Part shown: positions 16,889 to 24,379 of the stretch, piece by piece
How the letters are laid out: every line of letters begins with the position of its first letter
Numbering within the stretch: position 1 is the first letter of the stretch
Assembly (NCBI GenBank): GCA_031278535.1
Contig: JAITKH010000367.1
Coordinates: forward strand, 1-24,379
Reading direction: 5' to 3'
Source: Planctomycetota bacterium
GTDB lineage: Bacteria > Planctomycetota > SZUA-567
Length of the DNA stretch: 24,379 nucleotides
Notes under the pieces: generated by a model
Seen by the model: only the letters and a program-made list of their open reading frames with translations
Databases searched by the model: none
What the model was told of the DNA's origin: nothing
Position numbers and translations under genes: made by a program

Positions 16889-16930
16889 GCGCCTCCGGGG
16901 GAATCCATTTCCCCGGAGGCGGAAACCGGA
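16889..16930 (-). repeat. 42-bp palindromic REP-like element, copy 2 (intact stem)
   Basis: Plus strand GCCTCCGGGG-GAATCCATTT-CCCCGGAGGC forms a perfect 10-bp stem, extendable to 13 bp around a 4-nt loop. Inverse copy of 12266-12307. Confidence 0.75.
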
Positions 16931-17042
16931 TGAACCGGGGGCACTCCCCTTTCGGGCGCGGGGCGGAGGCGTTGTGCGACGGAACGGTTCGCGCCGTCTT
17001 TTTGGGTTGTCGGCCGACGGCGGTCCCAGGGAAAGGAAATGC

Positions 17043-17564
17043 ATGCGCACCTTGCTGACGCTTCTGCGCCGGGCGGAAAGGCCGATCAGTTTTTTCCTGG
17101 ATCTGACCAGCGTGGGGATCCTGGCCGCCCTGGTGATTATCATCTTCCAGGAGGTGGTCATGCGCTATGTCTTCAGCAGCCCCGGAAAATGGAGCGAAGA
17201 ACTGGCCATAGCCATGCTCATCTGGTTCGGCTACCTCGGAATCGCCGTGGGCTATCGCGACAACCGGCACCTGTCGCTGACCTTCTTTTCCGACTGGCTG
17301 CCGGCGGCGGGCCAAAAAATCCTCCTCGTCTTTTCGGACCTGGTTGTGCTCGCCTTTTGCCTCCTCATGGCCTGGCAAGGCGTGAAGGTGGCGAAGCTTG
17401 ACGCCATCAACACCATGCCGGCCACCGGCATCGCCATGTCCTGGGTGAGCATTGTCCTGACCGTGGCCGGCTGCGCCATGATCCTCGAAGGCGCCATCCG
17501 GATTCTCGCCCATCTGTTCCCGGAAGCCCCTCAAGGATCGTTGGTTGCGGGGGCTTCCGAATGA
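17043..17564 (+). CDS. TRAP transporter small permease DctQ (1)
   Basis: VVMRYVF, WSEELA, 4 predicted TM segments. ATG 17043 after AAGGA. Confidence 0.9.
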   Translation: MRTLLTLLRRAERPISFFLDLTSVGILAALVIIIFQEVVMRYVFSSPGKWSEELAIAMLIWFGYLGIAVGYRDNRHLSLTFFSDWLPAAGQKILLVFSDLVVLAFCLLMAWQGVKVAKLDAINTMPATGIAMSWVSIVLTVAGCAMILEGAIRILAHLFPEAPQGSLVAGASE

Positions 17565-18856
17565 GCCCCAATCTTCCCGCCATCGCCATCCTGCTCTGCT
17601 CGTTCTTCGGGATGATGATTCTCCGGGTTCCCATAGCCTTTTCCCTGGGGATGTCTTCGGTCTTCACCGTGTGGTACCTGGGACTTCCTCTGATAATCGT
17701 ATTCCAGAAGATGATTACCGGCCTGCAAAGCTTCACGTTTCTCGCCGTGCCCTTCTTTATCCTCGTCGGCCTGATCATGTCCGAGGGAGGCATTTCCACC
17801 AGGATTATCGATCTTTCCAACCTGCTTATCGGGCGCGTGCGGGGCGGGCTGGCCCTGGTGAACGTGCTGGCCAGCACCTTTTTCGGCGGCATTTCCGGCT
17901 CGTCGGTGGCCGACGTCTCCTCCATCGGCTCCATGCTCATCCCCATGATGAAAGAAAAGGGCTATGACAGCGACTATTCGGTCGCCGTCACCGTCACATC
18001 CTCGGTGCAGGGCGTACTCATTCCCCCCAGCCAGAATATGATCTATTATTCGCTGGCCGCCGGCGGCCTGTCGGTGAGCAGCCTCTTCATGGCCGGCTAC
18101 ATTCCGGGCGTCTGCCTGGGACTGGCGCTGGGCATCGTCACCTGGAAGATAGCCCGCGACCGGAAGTACCCTTACAGCGAGCCCATTCCCCGAAACAGGC
18201 GGCTCCGGGTGGTGCTAGACGCGCTGATCGGGCTCACCACCGTCGTGGTCATCATCGGCGGCATCATCGGCGGCATCTTCACCGCCACCGAAGCGGCGGC
18301 GGTGGCCACCGTGTACGTGTTCGCCATTTCCCTCTTCTATTACCGGAGCATCACCGCCCCCGGACTCTGGAATCTGCTCAAGTCCGCCATCGGGATGCTT
18401 TCGGTAATCCTGGCCATCATCGGCACCTCCAGCGCTTTCGGCTGGCTTCTGGCCTATTTGAAGATCCCCCTGTTTGTCATGCAGGTGCTGCTTTCCCTGT
18501 CGGAAAGCCCCATCGTCATCATGCTTATCGTCAACGCGCTTCTCCTGGCGCTCGGGATGGTGATGGACATGGGAATCCTGATACTCCTGGTGACGCCCCT
18601 GCTCATCCCGATCGTGGACAGGATCGGGATGTCCCGCATCCAGTTCGGCATCGTGCTGTTGCTGAACCTCGGCATCGGCCTGTGCACGCCCCCGGTCGGC
18701 ACCTCGCTTTTCATCGGCTGCGCCATAGCCAGGATCCGCATCGAGGAATCCATCCGGGCGCTGTTTCCCTTTTACGCCGCCATGTTCGTCGTGGTGCTTC
18801 TGGCCACCTATTGGCCGGCGTTCTCGCTCTGGCTCCCGGGCGTCGTCCTGAAATGA
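17561..18856 (+). CDS. TRAP transporter large permease DctM (1)
   Basis: FLAVPFFIL, FGGISGSSVAD, LIPPSQ, GIFTATEAA, IGLCTPPVG; ATGA overlap with dctQ. Confidence 0.95.
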   Translation: MSPNLPAIAILLCSFFGMMILRVPIAFSLGMSSVFTVWYLGLPLIIVFQKMITGLQSFTFLAVPFFILVGLIMSEGGISTRIIDLSNLLIGRVRGGLALVNVLASTFFGGISGSSVADVSSIGSMLIPMMKEKGYDSDYSVAVTVTSSVQGVLIPPSQNMIYYSLAAGGLSVSSLFMAGYIPGVCLGLALGIVTWKIARDRKYPYSEPIPRNRRLRVVLDALIGLTTVVVIIGGIIGGIFTATEAAAVATVYVFAISLFYYRSITAPGLWNLLKSAIGMLSVILAIIGTSSAFGWLLAYLKIPLFVMQVLLSLSESPIVIMLIVNALLLALGMVMDMGILILLVTPLLIPIVDRIGMSRIQFGIVLLLNLGIGLCTPPVGTSLFIGCAIARIRIEESIRALFPFYAAMFVVVLLATYWPAFSLWLPGVVLK

Positions 18857-18867
18857 AAGGCGCGGCA

Positions 18868-19362
18868 ATGGCGGAGGAAAAATCCGGCAAAAGCATTTTT
18901 CCGGCCCTGCAGGAAGGGTTGAGCCTGGCCTTTTTCGCGGGCATGTGCGTTCTCCTCCTGCTGCAACTGATCTCCCGCTACCTTTTCAGCCGCCCGCTCC
19001 TGTTCACGGAGGAGTTTTCGCGCTTCTGCTATGTCTGGATAGCCTTCATCGGCCTGGCCGTGGCGCACCGCCGCAACGACCACATACGCATCGATCTCTT
19101 CCTGAACTGGTTGCCGGAGCGGGCGCGGCGCGCCTGGGAGACGATGATTGCCATCGTTTCCATGGCCATCCTCGGCTATCTTGGCTGGTGGGGAGTCGAG
19201 TACCTGTTCTTCAATGCCTACAGCGTCGCCGCCTCGGTCGATTTTCACCTCTATTACGTCTATGCCGCCCTGCCAGCCGGCTGCGCCCTGGGAATCGCCA
19301 ACCTGGCCGTCCGGCTTTTCGCCCGGCCGTCCGGCGGCGGACGCGCGGAAAAGGAAAAATAA
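18868..19362 (+). CDS. TRAP transporter small permease DctQ (2)
   Basis: ISRYLF, FTEEFSR, HIRID motifs; 4 TM segments. Start at ATG 18868 (alternative ATG 18853). Confidence 0.9.
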   Translation: MAEEKSGKSIFPALQEGLSLAFFAGMCVLLLLQLISRYLFSRPLLFTEEFSRFCYVWIAFIGLAVAHRRNDHIRIDLFLNWLPERARRAWETMIAIVSMAILGYLGWWGVEYLFFNAYSVAASVDFHLYYVYAALPAGCALGIANLAVRLFARPSGGGRAEKEK

Positions 19363-20648
19363 TGCTCCTGGCCTGCTTTTTCCTGGTATTGGTTCTCATG
19401 CTGGCCGCCGGCTTTCCCATCTACCTCGGAATGATCGGGGCGTCGCTGTTCTATGCCTCGTTTCACCCCGACCTCTCCCTTCTCATCGCCGTCCAGAAGG
19501 TGGTCAACGGCCCCAATTCGTTCACCCTCCTGGCAGTGCCCTTCTTCATCTTCGCCGGCCAGGTAATGAACTCCGGCGGCGTGACCGAACGCATCTTCGG
19601 TTTCGCCAACAGCCTGATCGGGCATTACCGGGGGGGATTGGGTTACGTCAACGTCTTCGCCAGCGTCCTCTTCGCCGGCATGTCCGGCTCGGCCCTGGCT
19701 GACGCCGGCGGGTTGGGGATGATCGAGATAAAAGCCATGCGCGACGCCGGCTATGACGACGACCTCTCAATCGGCGTCACCGCCGCCTCCTCGATAATCG
19801 GTCCCATCATACCCCCGAGCATCCCCATGGTCGTCTACGGCGCGGTGTCCGGAGCGTCCATAGGCGGCCTTTTCGTGGGCGGCGTGATCCCGGGGCTCCT
19901 GATGGCCCTTGCCCTCGGGGCGATGGTGTGCATCATCTCCCGCCGGCGCCGCTATGCGGTCCTGCCCCGGCAGTCACCGGGGGAAAAACTTGCCGCCTTC
20001 CGGAAGGCATTCCTGTCGCTCCTCACCCCCGTCATTATCATCGGCGGCATCTGGTCCGGATTTTTCACGCCCACCGAGGCCGCCTTCGTCAGCATTTTTT
20101 ACGCCCTCGTCGTCACCGTCTGCGTCTACCGGGAGCAGAGGATTTCCGCCCTGCCGGGCCTGGCCCTGGAAACGCTCCGCACCGTGGGGCCGGCCATCAT
20201 GATCGTGGCGGCCGCCAACGCCTTCGGCTGGATCATGAATTTCGAGAAGGTCGACGTCTACCTGATGAAGCTCCTGTTCAGTTTCACCACCAACAAGTAC
20301 CTGATCCTTCTCCTCATCAACATTCTGCTGCTGGTCATGGGAATGTTCCTGGAAGTGGTGGCGGCCATCATGATCATCCTTCCCCTGGCGGCGCCGATCA
20401 TGGCCATGCTGGGCATCCATCCCATCCACTTCGGGGTCATCGTCGTGCTCAACCTGATGGTGGGGCTCCTCACCCCGCCGGTGGGATTTGTCCTTTACAT
20501 CCTCGCCTCGGTTGCCAAAAAGCCGGTGGAGCAGGTGATTCGCATCTGCATTCCATGGATGGCACCGCTTCTGGCAGTGCTGGGACTGGTGACATATATC
20601 CCGGAACTCGTCCTGTTCCTGCCCCGCCTGCTCGGTTTCGCCAACTAA
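19362..20648 (+). CDS. TRAP transporter large permease DctM (2)
   Basis: LLAVPFFIFAG, FAGMSGSALAD, PIIPPSIP, GFFTPTEAA, GLLTPPVG; TAATG overlap with dctQ2. Confidence 0.95.
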   Translation: MLLACFFLVLVLMLAAGFPIYLGMIGASLFYASFHPDLSLLIAVQKVVNGPNSFTLLAVPFFIFAGQVMNSGGVTERIFGFANSLIGHYRGGLGYVNVFASVLFAGMSGSALADAGGLGMIEIKAMRDAGYDDDLSIGVTAASSIIGPIIPPSIPMVVYGAVSGASIGGLFVGGVIPGLLMALALGAMVCIISRRRRYAVLPRQSPGEKLAAFRKAFLSLLTPVIIIGGIWSGFFTPTEAAFVSIFYALVVTVCVYREQRISALPGLALETLRTVGPAIMIVAAANAFGWIMNFEKVDVYLMKLLFSFTTNKYLILLLINILLLVMGMFLEVVAAIMIILPLAAPIMAMLGIHPIHFGVIVVLNLMVGLLTPPVGFVLYILASVAKKPVEQVIRICIPWMAPLLAVLGLVTYIPELVLFLPRLLGFAN

Positions 20649-20678
20649 GGGAAATTCTGCACAGGAAAGGATTGGCGC

Positions 20679-21764
20679 ATGCTGGAGATTGGAGTGGTGG
20701 GGGCCGGCACCTACGGCCGGGTGCATCTCGACGCCTTCAAACAGCGGGAACGCCTGTCGGGGGACATGCGCCTGGCCGCATTCGCGGAAAGCAACGGCGA
20801 AGTCCGCCGGAACGCCGAACGGGATTTCGGGGTCAGGGGCTATTCGTGCCTGACGGAAATGCTCGGGAAGGAAAAGCTGGACGGCGTGACCGTGGCCACT
20901 CCGGATCATCTGCATCACCGGCTGGTCGTGGAATGCCTGGAGAGCGGGCGGCACGTCTTTGTGGAAAAGCCGCTTTCCACCGACGTCGGCGAGGCCAGGG
21001 AAATGGCCGAACTTGCCGAGGGCAGGGGGCTGCTGCTCCAGGTGGATTTCCACAAGCGTTTCGATCCCTATCATGTCGATCTCAAGCTGCGCCTTCGGGA
21101 CGGCCAACTGGGGCGGCTGCAATACGGCTATTGCTGGATGGAGGACGTTCTCCGCATCGGCACCGACGTCATCGGCCAGTCCCATTGGGGGAACAGCGGT
21201 TCGCCGGCCTGGTTCCTGGGCATACACATGATCGATCTCACCTGCTGGCTGATGGACTTTCCGGAGCCGGCCAGGGTGTACGCCACCGGCGCCAAGGGCA
21301 AGCTCGCGTCGCTCGGACGGGACATCTACGACTCGATCAAGGCCACGGTGACCTATGCCAACGGCGTTGCCGTCACCTACGACACGGCGGTCGTCCTCCC
21401 CAATTCCCATGAGGCGGTGGTGCGCCAGGGCGTCAAGATGGTGGGATCGGAAGGCATCCTGGTGGTGGACAGCCAGTACCGGGGCGCACGCGGCTGCACC
21501 ACGGCCGGGGGGATGGAAACGCCCAATTGCGGCGGTTTCGGCCGGAAGATTGCGAAAAGCGGCGAAGTGGTGAAATCCGGCTACATCAATGACTCGCTGG
21601 TGGATTTCGTGGACAACCTGGCGGAACTCCGGAAAGGAACGCCCCTGCCCGCCCTGACGGGCAGGTACGCCTCGGCCCGGGAGGGTCTGATCTCCACCCG
21701 CATCGGCGTGGCAATCCACCAGTCCCTGGCCGGCGGGAACCTGGTGAACATCGCCGAACTTTAA
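20679..21764 (+). CDS. Gfo/Idh/MocA-family NAD(P)-dependent oxidoreductase
   Basis: VVGAGTYG Rossmann motif, VATPDHLH, HVFVEKP, HKRFDP, GIHMID. Confidence 0.92.
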   Translation: MLEIGVVGAGTYGRVHLDAFKQRERLSGDMRLAAFAESNGEVRRNAERDFGVRGYSCLTEMLGKEKLDGVTVATPDHLHHRLVVECLESGRHVFVEKPLSTDVGEAREMAELAEGRGLLLQVDFHKRFDPYHVDLKLRLRDGQLGRLQYGYCWMEDVLRIGTDVIGQSHWGNSGSPAWFLGIHMIDLTCWLMDFPEPARVYATGAKGKLASLGRDIYDSIKATVTYANGVAVTYDTAVVLPNSHEAVVRQGVKMVGSEGILVVDSQYRGARGCTTAGGMETPNCGGFGRKIAKSGEVVKSGYINDSLVDFVDNLAELRKGTPLPALTGRYASAREGLISTRIGVAIHQSLAGGNLVNIAEL

Positions 21765-21782
21765 GCGGAAGGGCATTATCCC

Positions 21783-22787
21783 TTACCCGCTTGTATTTAG
21801 CGCCTTCTCGTAGGTATGGCGGATGGAGAAAAGGTTGACGCCTTCGGGATCGACTTTGGCTTCCCGGCACATTTCCTTCAGCCTCAGGCTGATGGTGCGG
21901 GGCATCAGTTTCCGGAGGACCGGCCCGGAGGCGGCGCTTTCGCGGCGGTCCAGCTTCCTGTTCCGCCAGGCCGAGAGCTCCGTCTGCAGCTTCGGATGCA
22001 GGGGAATATGCCGCCGCCGGCCGTTCACCCCGCCCTTTCCCACCGGAAAGATGATTTCCCGGTTTTCCCAGTCGATCCATTCCCAGCGGAGCGCCCCTTC
22101 GGCCTGGTTCCGGAATCCCGAATACAGGTAGACGGTCCAGCGGATGCGCCATTCCTCGTTCGGTTCGGTCATGACGACGGCACGGAGTTCTTCGGGCGAG
22201 AGATTGCGCTGCCTGGGCAATTCCTTTTTGCCCACCAGTTCCCAGGCTTCGAGCGGGTTTTTGCGGATGTGGAAGTTGTCCACGCCCCATTCGAGGGCGG
22301 CCTTGAGATTGCGGACATAGAAGTTGACGCTGCCCACCCGGATGCCGGAGGCGATCTTGTCCCTGGCCCAGGCTTCGATCCTGTCCAGAGTCAGATCGTC
22401 GATTCTGGTTATCCGGTTGTCCCTGATTATTTTGTTGTAGGCGAGCTGGTAGGTGCGGACGGTGCCTTCCGCCTTGCCGCTGGCCCGGAGGTATTGCAGA
22501 TAGATTTTCCAGAATTTTTCGAGCGAAACGATCCGGTTGGCTCCCTGGAAGCTTTCGCGGTTCGCCGGGGCGGCTGCCTCCTCAACCGCCGGAGGCCTGG
22601 CCGGAATCGGGGTGAAACTGTCGTTCAGGTCCTCGAAGACGTAACGCATGGCCTTGGCGTCCCGGGCGACGGCGTTCCAGACGACATTGCCGCCCGCGTC
22701 CACCATCAGGCAGTGCCAGACGGTCCCGCGCCTGTTCAGGACGACACTGACGACGTCGGAAAGGAGGGAAGAAGAGTGGGTGGGCAT
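21783..22787 (-). CDS. Tyrosine recombinase/integrase-like protein lacking the catalytic C-terminus (His-II/Trp and Tyr absent; HxxR His replaced by Phe); non-catalytic or pseudogenised
   Basis: Core-binding-domain-like helices (FWKIYLQYL, EGTVRTY, SVNFYVRNLKA, NPL); catalytic-domain motifs LYSGFR, LRWEWID, GKGG, HIPL, FSIRHTY; stop 8 codons after RHTY. Confidence 0.82.
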   Translation of the reverse strand: MPTHSSSLLSDVVSVVLNRRGTVWHCLMVDAGGNVVWNAVARDAKAMRYVFEDLNDSFTPIPARPPAVEEAAAPANRESFQGANRIVSLEKFWKIYLQYLRASGKAEGTVRTYQLAYNKIIRDNRITRIDDLTLDRIEAWARDKIASGIRVGSVNFYVRNLKAALEWGVDNFHIRKNPLEAWELVGKKELPRQRNLSPEELRAVVMTEPNEEWRIRWTVYLYSGFRNQAEGALRWEWIDWENREIIFPVGKGGVNGRRRHIPLHPKLQTELSAWRNRKLDRRESAASGPVLRKLMPRTISLRLKEMCREAKVDPEGVNLFSIRHTYEKALNTSG

Positions 22788-24379
22788 GATGGCGTTTCCT
22801 TTCCTTCGAGATAATCAACGACGGTTTCAGCCAGCCGTTCCGGGGAGAGTTCGCCGTCGAGACGGATGTCGGGGTTTTCCGGCGGCTCGAAGGGCGCGGT
22901 GATGCCGGTGAAATTCGGCAGCTTGCCGTCGAGGGCCCGGGCATACAGCCCTTTGGGATCGCGCCTGATGCAGACCGACAGGGGCGTGTCGACAAAGACT
23001 TCCACAAACTCCCCCGGCCGGAACCGGTCGCGGACGGCGGCGCGGTCCTCCCGGTAGGGCGAAATGAAGGCGGCAAGCACGATCAGGCCGGCGTCGGCCA
23101 TCAACCGCGCCACCTCGGCGGCCCGGCGCACGTTCTCGGCCCGGTCGCTCTCGGCGAAGCCAAGATCCCGGTTCAGGCCGTGGCGCAGGTTGTCGCCGTC
23201 GAGGATATAGACGTGCCGGCCCCGGGCATGGAGCATTCGCGCCGCCAGGTTGGCCACGGTGGACTTGCCGGAAGCCGACAGTCCCGTGAACCAGAGCACC
23301 CGGGGTTTCTGACCCTTCTGGATGGCGTGCGCCGCCTGGTCCAGGTCGAAGTCGTGCCAGAACACCGTGTGGCTGCGCCGGAGAGCCAGTTCGATCATCC
23401 CCGCCCCGACGGTGTTCCCGCCAATGCGATCCACCAGCAGGAAGCCGCCCAGATCGCGGCTTTCCCGGTAGGGCGCCACGGGCAGCGGCCGGTCCAGGGC
23501 CAGCTTTATCCGTCCCGCGTCGTTCGGCTTCAGTTCCCTGGCCGGCTTTTCCTGGAGCGTGTTCACGTCCAGCTTTGCCGAAAGCTCGCTGATGGTAGCC
23601 CTGGCCTCGGCCGTTCCCAGGCGGAAAATAAAGGTGCGGCCGGCCACCAGCGGCGGATCGTTCAACCAGACTATTGTGGCGGCCAGGTGATCCGCCGTCT
23701 CCGGCGGCGCTTCCCGGTCGACGACCAGTTCCCCCCGCCCCGCGTCCAGATCGTCCTCCAGTTGCAGGCAGACCGCCTCTTCCGCCCCGGCCTTCGGCAG
23801 ATCGCCGTCCAGGGCGACGATGCGGCGGACTTTGCTCGTCTGCCTCGACGGCAGGAGCAGCACCTTTTGGCCGATCTCGACCGATCCGGAAATTATCGTG
23901 CCAGCCAGCCCCCGGAAATTTCCTGCCCTGGCCACCCATTGCACCGGCAGGCGGAAAGGTTGGGCAGAGACAGTCGGCGGCTCGACGCTTTCCAGCAGTT
24001 CGAGAATGGTTTTGCCTTCATACCAGGGCATGTTTTCGCTTCGCCGGCAGACGTTGTCGCCCCGGAGGGCGGAAATCGGGACGCAATGGACGGAACGGAA
24101 CTTTTCAAGAGTGGCGATGCGCGACCGGTATTCGGCCTCCACCCTGGCGAAGGCCATCCGGTCGTAGCCGCGGCAGTCCATCTTGTTCACCGCCACGACG
24201 ATGTCCGGAACGCCCATCAGCGAAGCGATGACGGTATGCCGGATGGTCTGGGGCAGAAGTCCTTCCGCCGCCCGGGCGATGTCCAGGAGGAGAAGCGCCA
24301 CGTCGGCCCGGGAGGCGCCGGTCGCCATGTTCCGGGTGTATTGCTCGTGGCCGGGGGCGTCCGCCACCAGGTACCGCCT
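22736..24379 (-). CDS. cysNC: Bifunctional sulfate adenylyltransferase subunit 1 / adenylyl-sulfate kinase CysNC, 3' part; 5' end off the right edge
   Basis: ADAPGHEQYTRNMATGAS, VNKMD, PISALRGDNV, FRLPVQWV; APS-kinase domain WFTGLSASGKST, LDGDNLRHGL, FISPY, RDPKGLY, FTGI..P(F)E.PE.PD. The frame stays open to the window edge. Confidence 0.97.
   Translation of the reverse strand, partial: RRYLVADAPGHEQYTRNMATGASRADVALLLLDIARAAEGLLPQTIRHTVIASLMGVPDIVVAVNKMDCRGYDRMAFARVEAEYRSRIATLEKFRSVHCVPISALRGDNVCRRSENMPWYEGKTILELLESVEPPTVSAQPFRLPVQWVARAGNFRGLAGTIISGSVEIGQKVLLLPSRQTSKVRRIVALDGDLPKAGAEEAVCLQLEDDLDAGRGELVVDREAPPETADHLAATIVWLNDPPLVAGRTFIFRLGTAEARATISELSAKLDVNTLQEKPARELKPNDAGRIKLALDRPLPVAPYRESRDLGGFLLVDRIGGNTVGAGMIELALRRSHTVFWHDFDLDQAAHAIQKGQKPRVLWFTGLSASGKSTVANLAARMLHARGRHVYILDGDNLRHGLNRDLGFAESDRAENVRRAAEVARLMADAGLIVLAAFISPYREDRAAVRDRFRPGEFVEVFVDTPLSVCIRRDPKGLYARALDGKLPNFTGITAPFEPPENPDIRLDGELSPERLAETVVDYLEGKETPSCPPTLLPSFPTSSVSS

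Noticed and set aside
21765-22800. Integrated prophage or ICE defined by the recombinase-like gene
   Set aside because: No tRNA/att duplication, excisionase, replication or structural genes; flanks are metabolic genes, and the enzyme lacks catalytic residues.
19974-22814. Long antisense ORFs 19974-21776 (-) and 21816-22814 (+)
   Set aside because: Mirror-frame shadows of dctM2, the oxidoreductase and the recombinase-like gene; no independent motifs.
1-24379. CRISPR array, cas1/cas2, tRNA or rRNA genes
   Set aside because: No regularly spaced direct repeats with unique spacers and no recognisable adaptation or RNA genes in any intergenic region. If an array exists it is outside the window.

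Overview
GC-rich bacterial window with four blocks. (1) 1-5807, minus strand: the promoter-proximal part of a type III-A CRISPR-Cas operon, in the order CARF-HEPN effector (TIGR02710-like), cas6, cas10/csm1 (HD and GGDD intact), csm2, csm3 (runs off the left edge). The csm2 ORF carries an N-terminal cold-shock domain (CSD) joined by a flexible linker; this is the most striking feature of the window. No CRISPR array or cas1/cas2 lies inside the window. (2) 6010-12199, plus strand: Sfp-type PPTase, a Spy/CpxP-like + ECF sigma + putative anti-sigma module, then cysS, folD (monofunctional-dehydrogenase signature plus two insertions) and ruvX/yqgF. (3) 12591-21764, plus strand: amino-sugar catabolic operon (nagA, nagB-like, two complete TRAP transporters ordered P-P-Q-M-Q-M, Gfo/Idh/MocA oxidoreductase) with no kinase. 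(4) 21783-24379, minus strand: the 3' part of cysNC overlapping a tyrosine-recombinase-like ORF that lacks its catalytic C-terminus. A 42-bp palindromic element occurs twice (12266 and 16889). Protein calls rest on motif recognition by eye, not database searches. Several starts were moved from the ORF track to RBS-supported codons.
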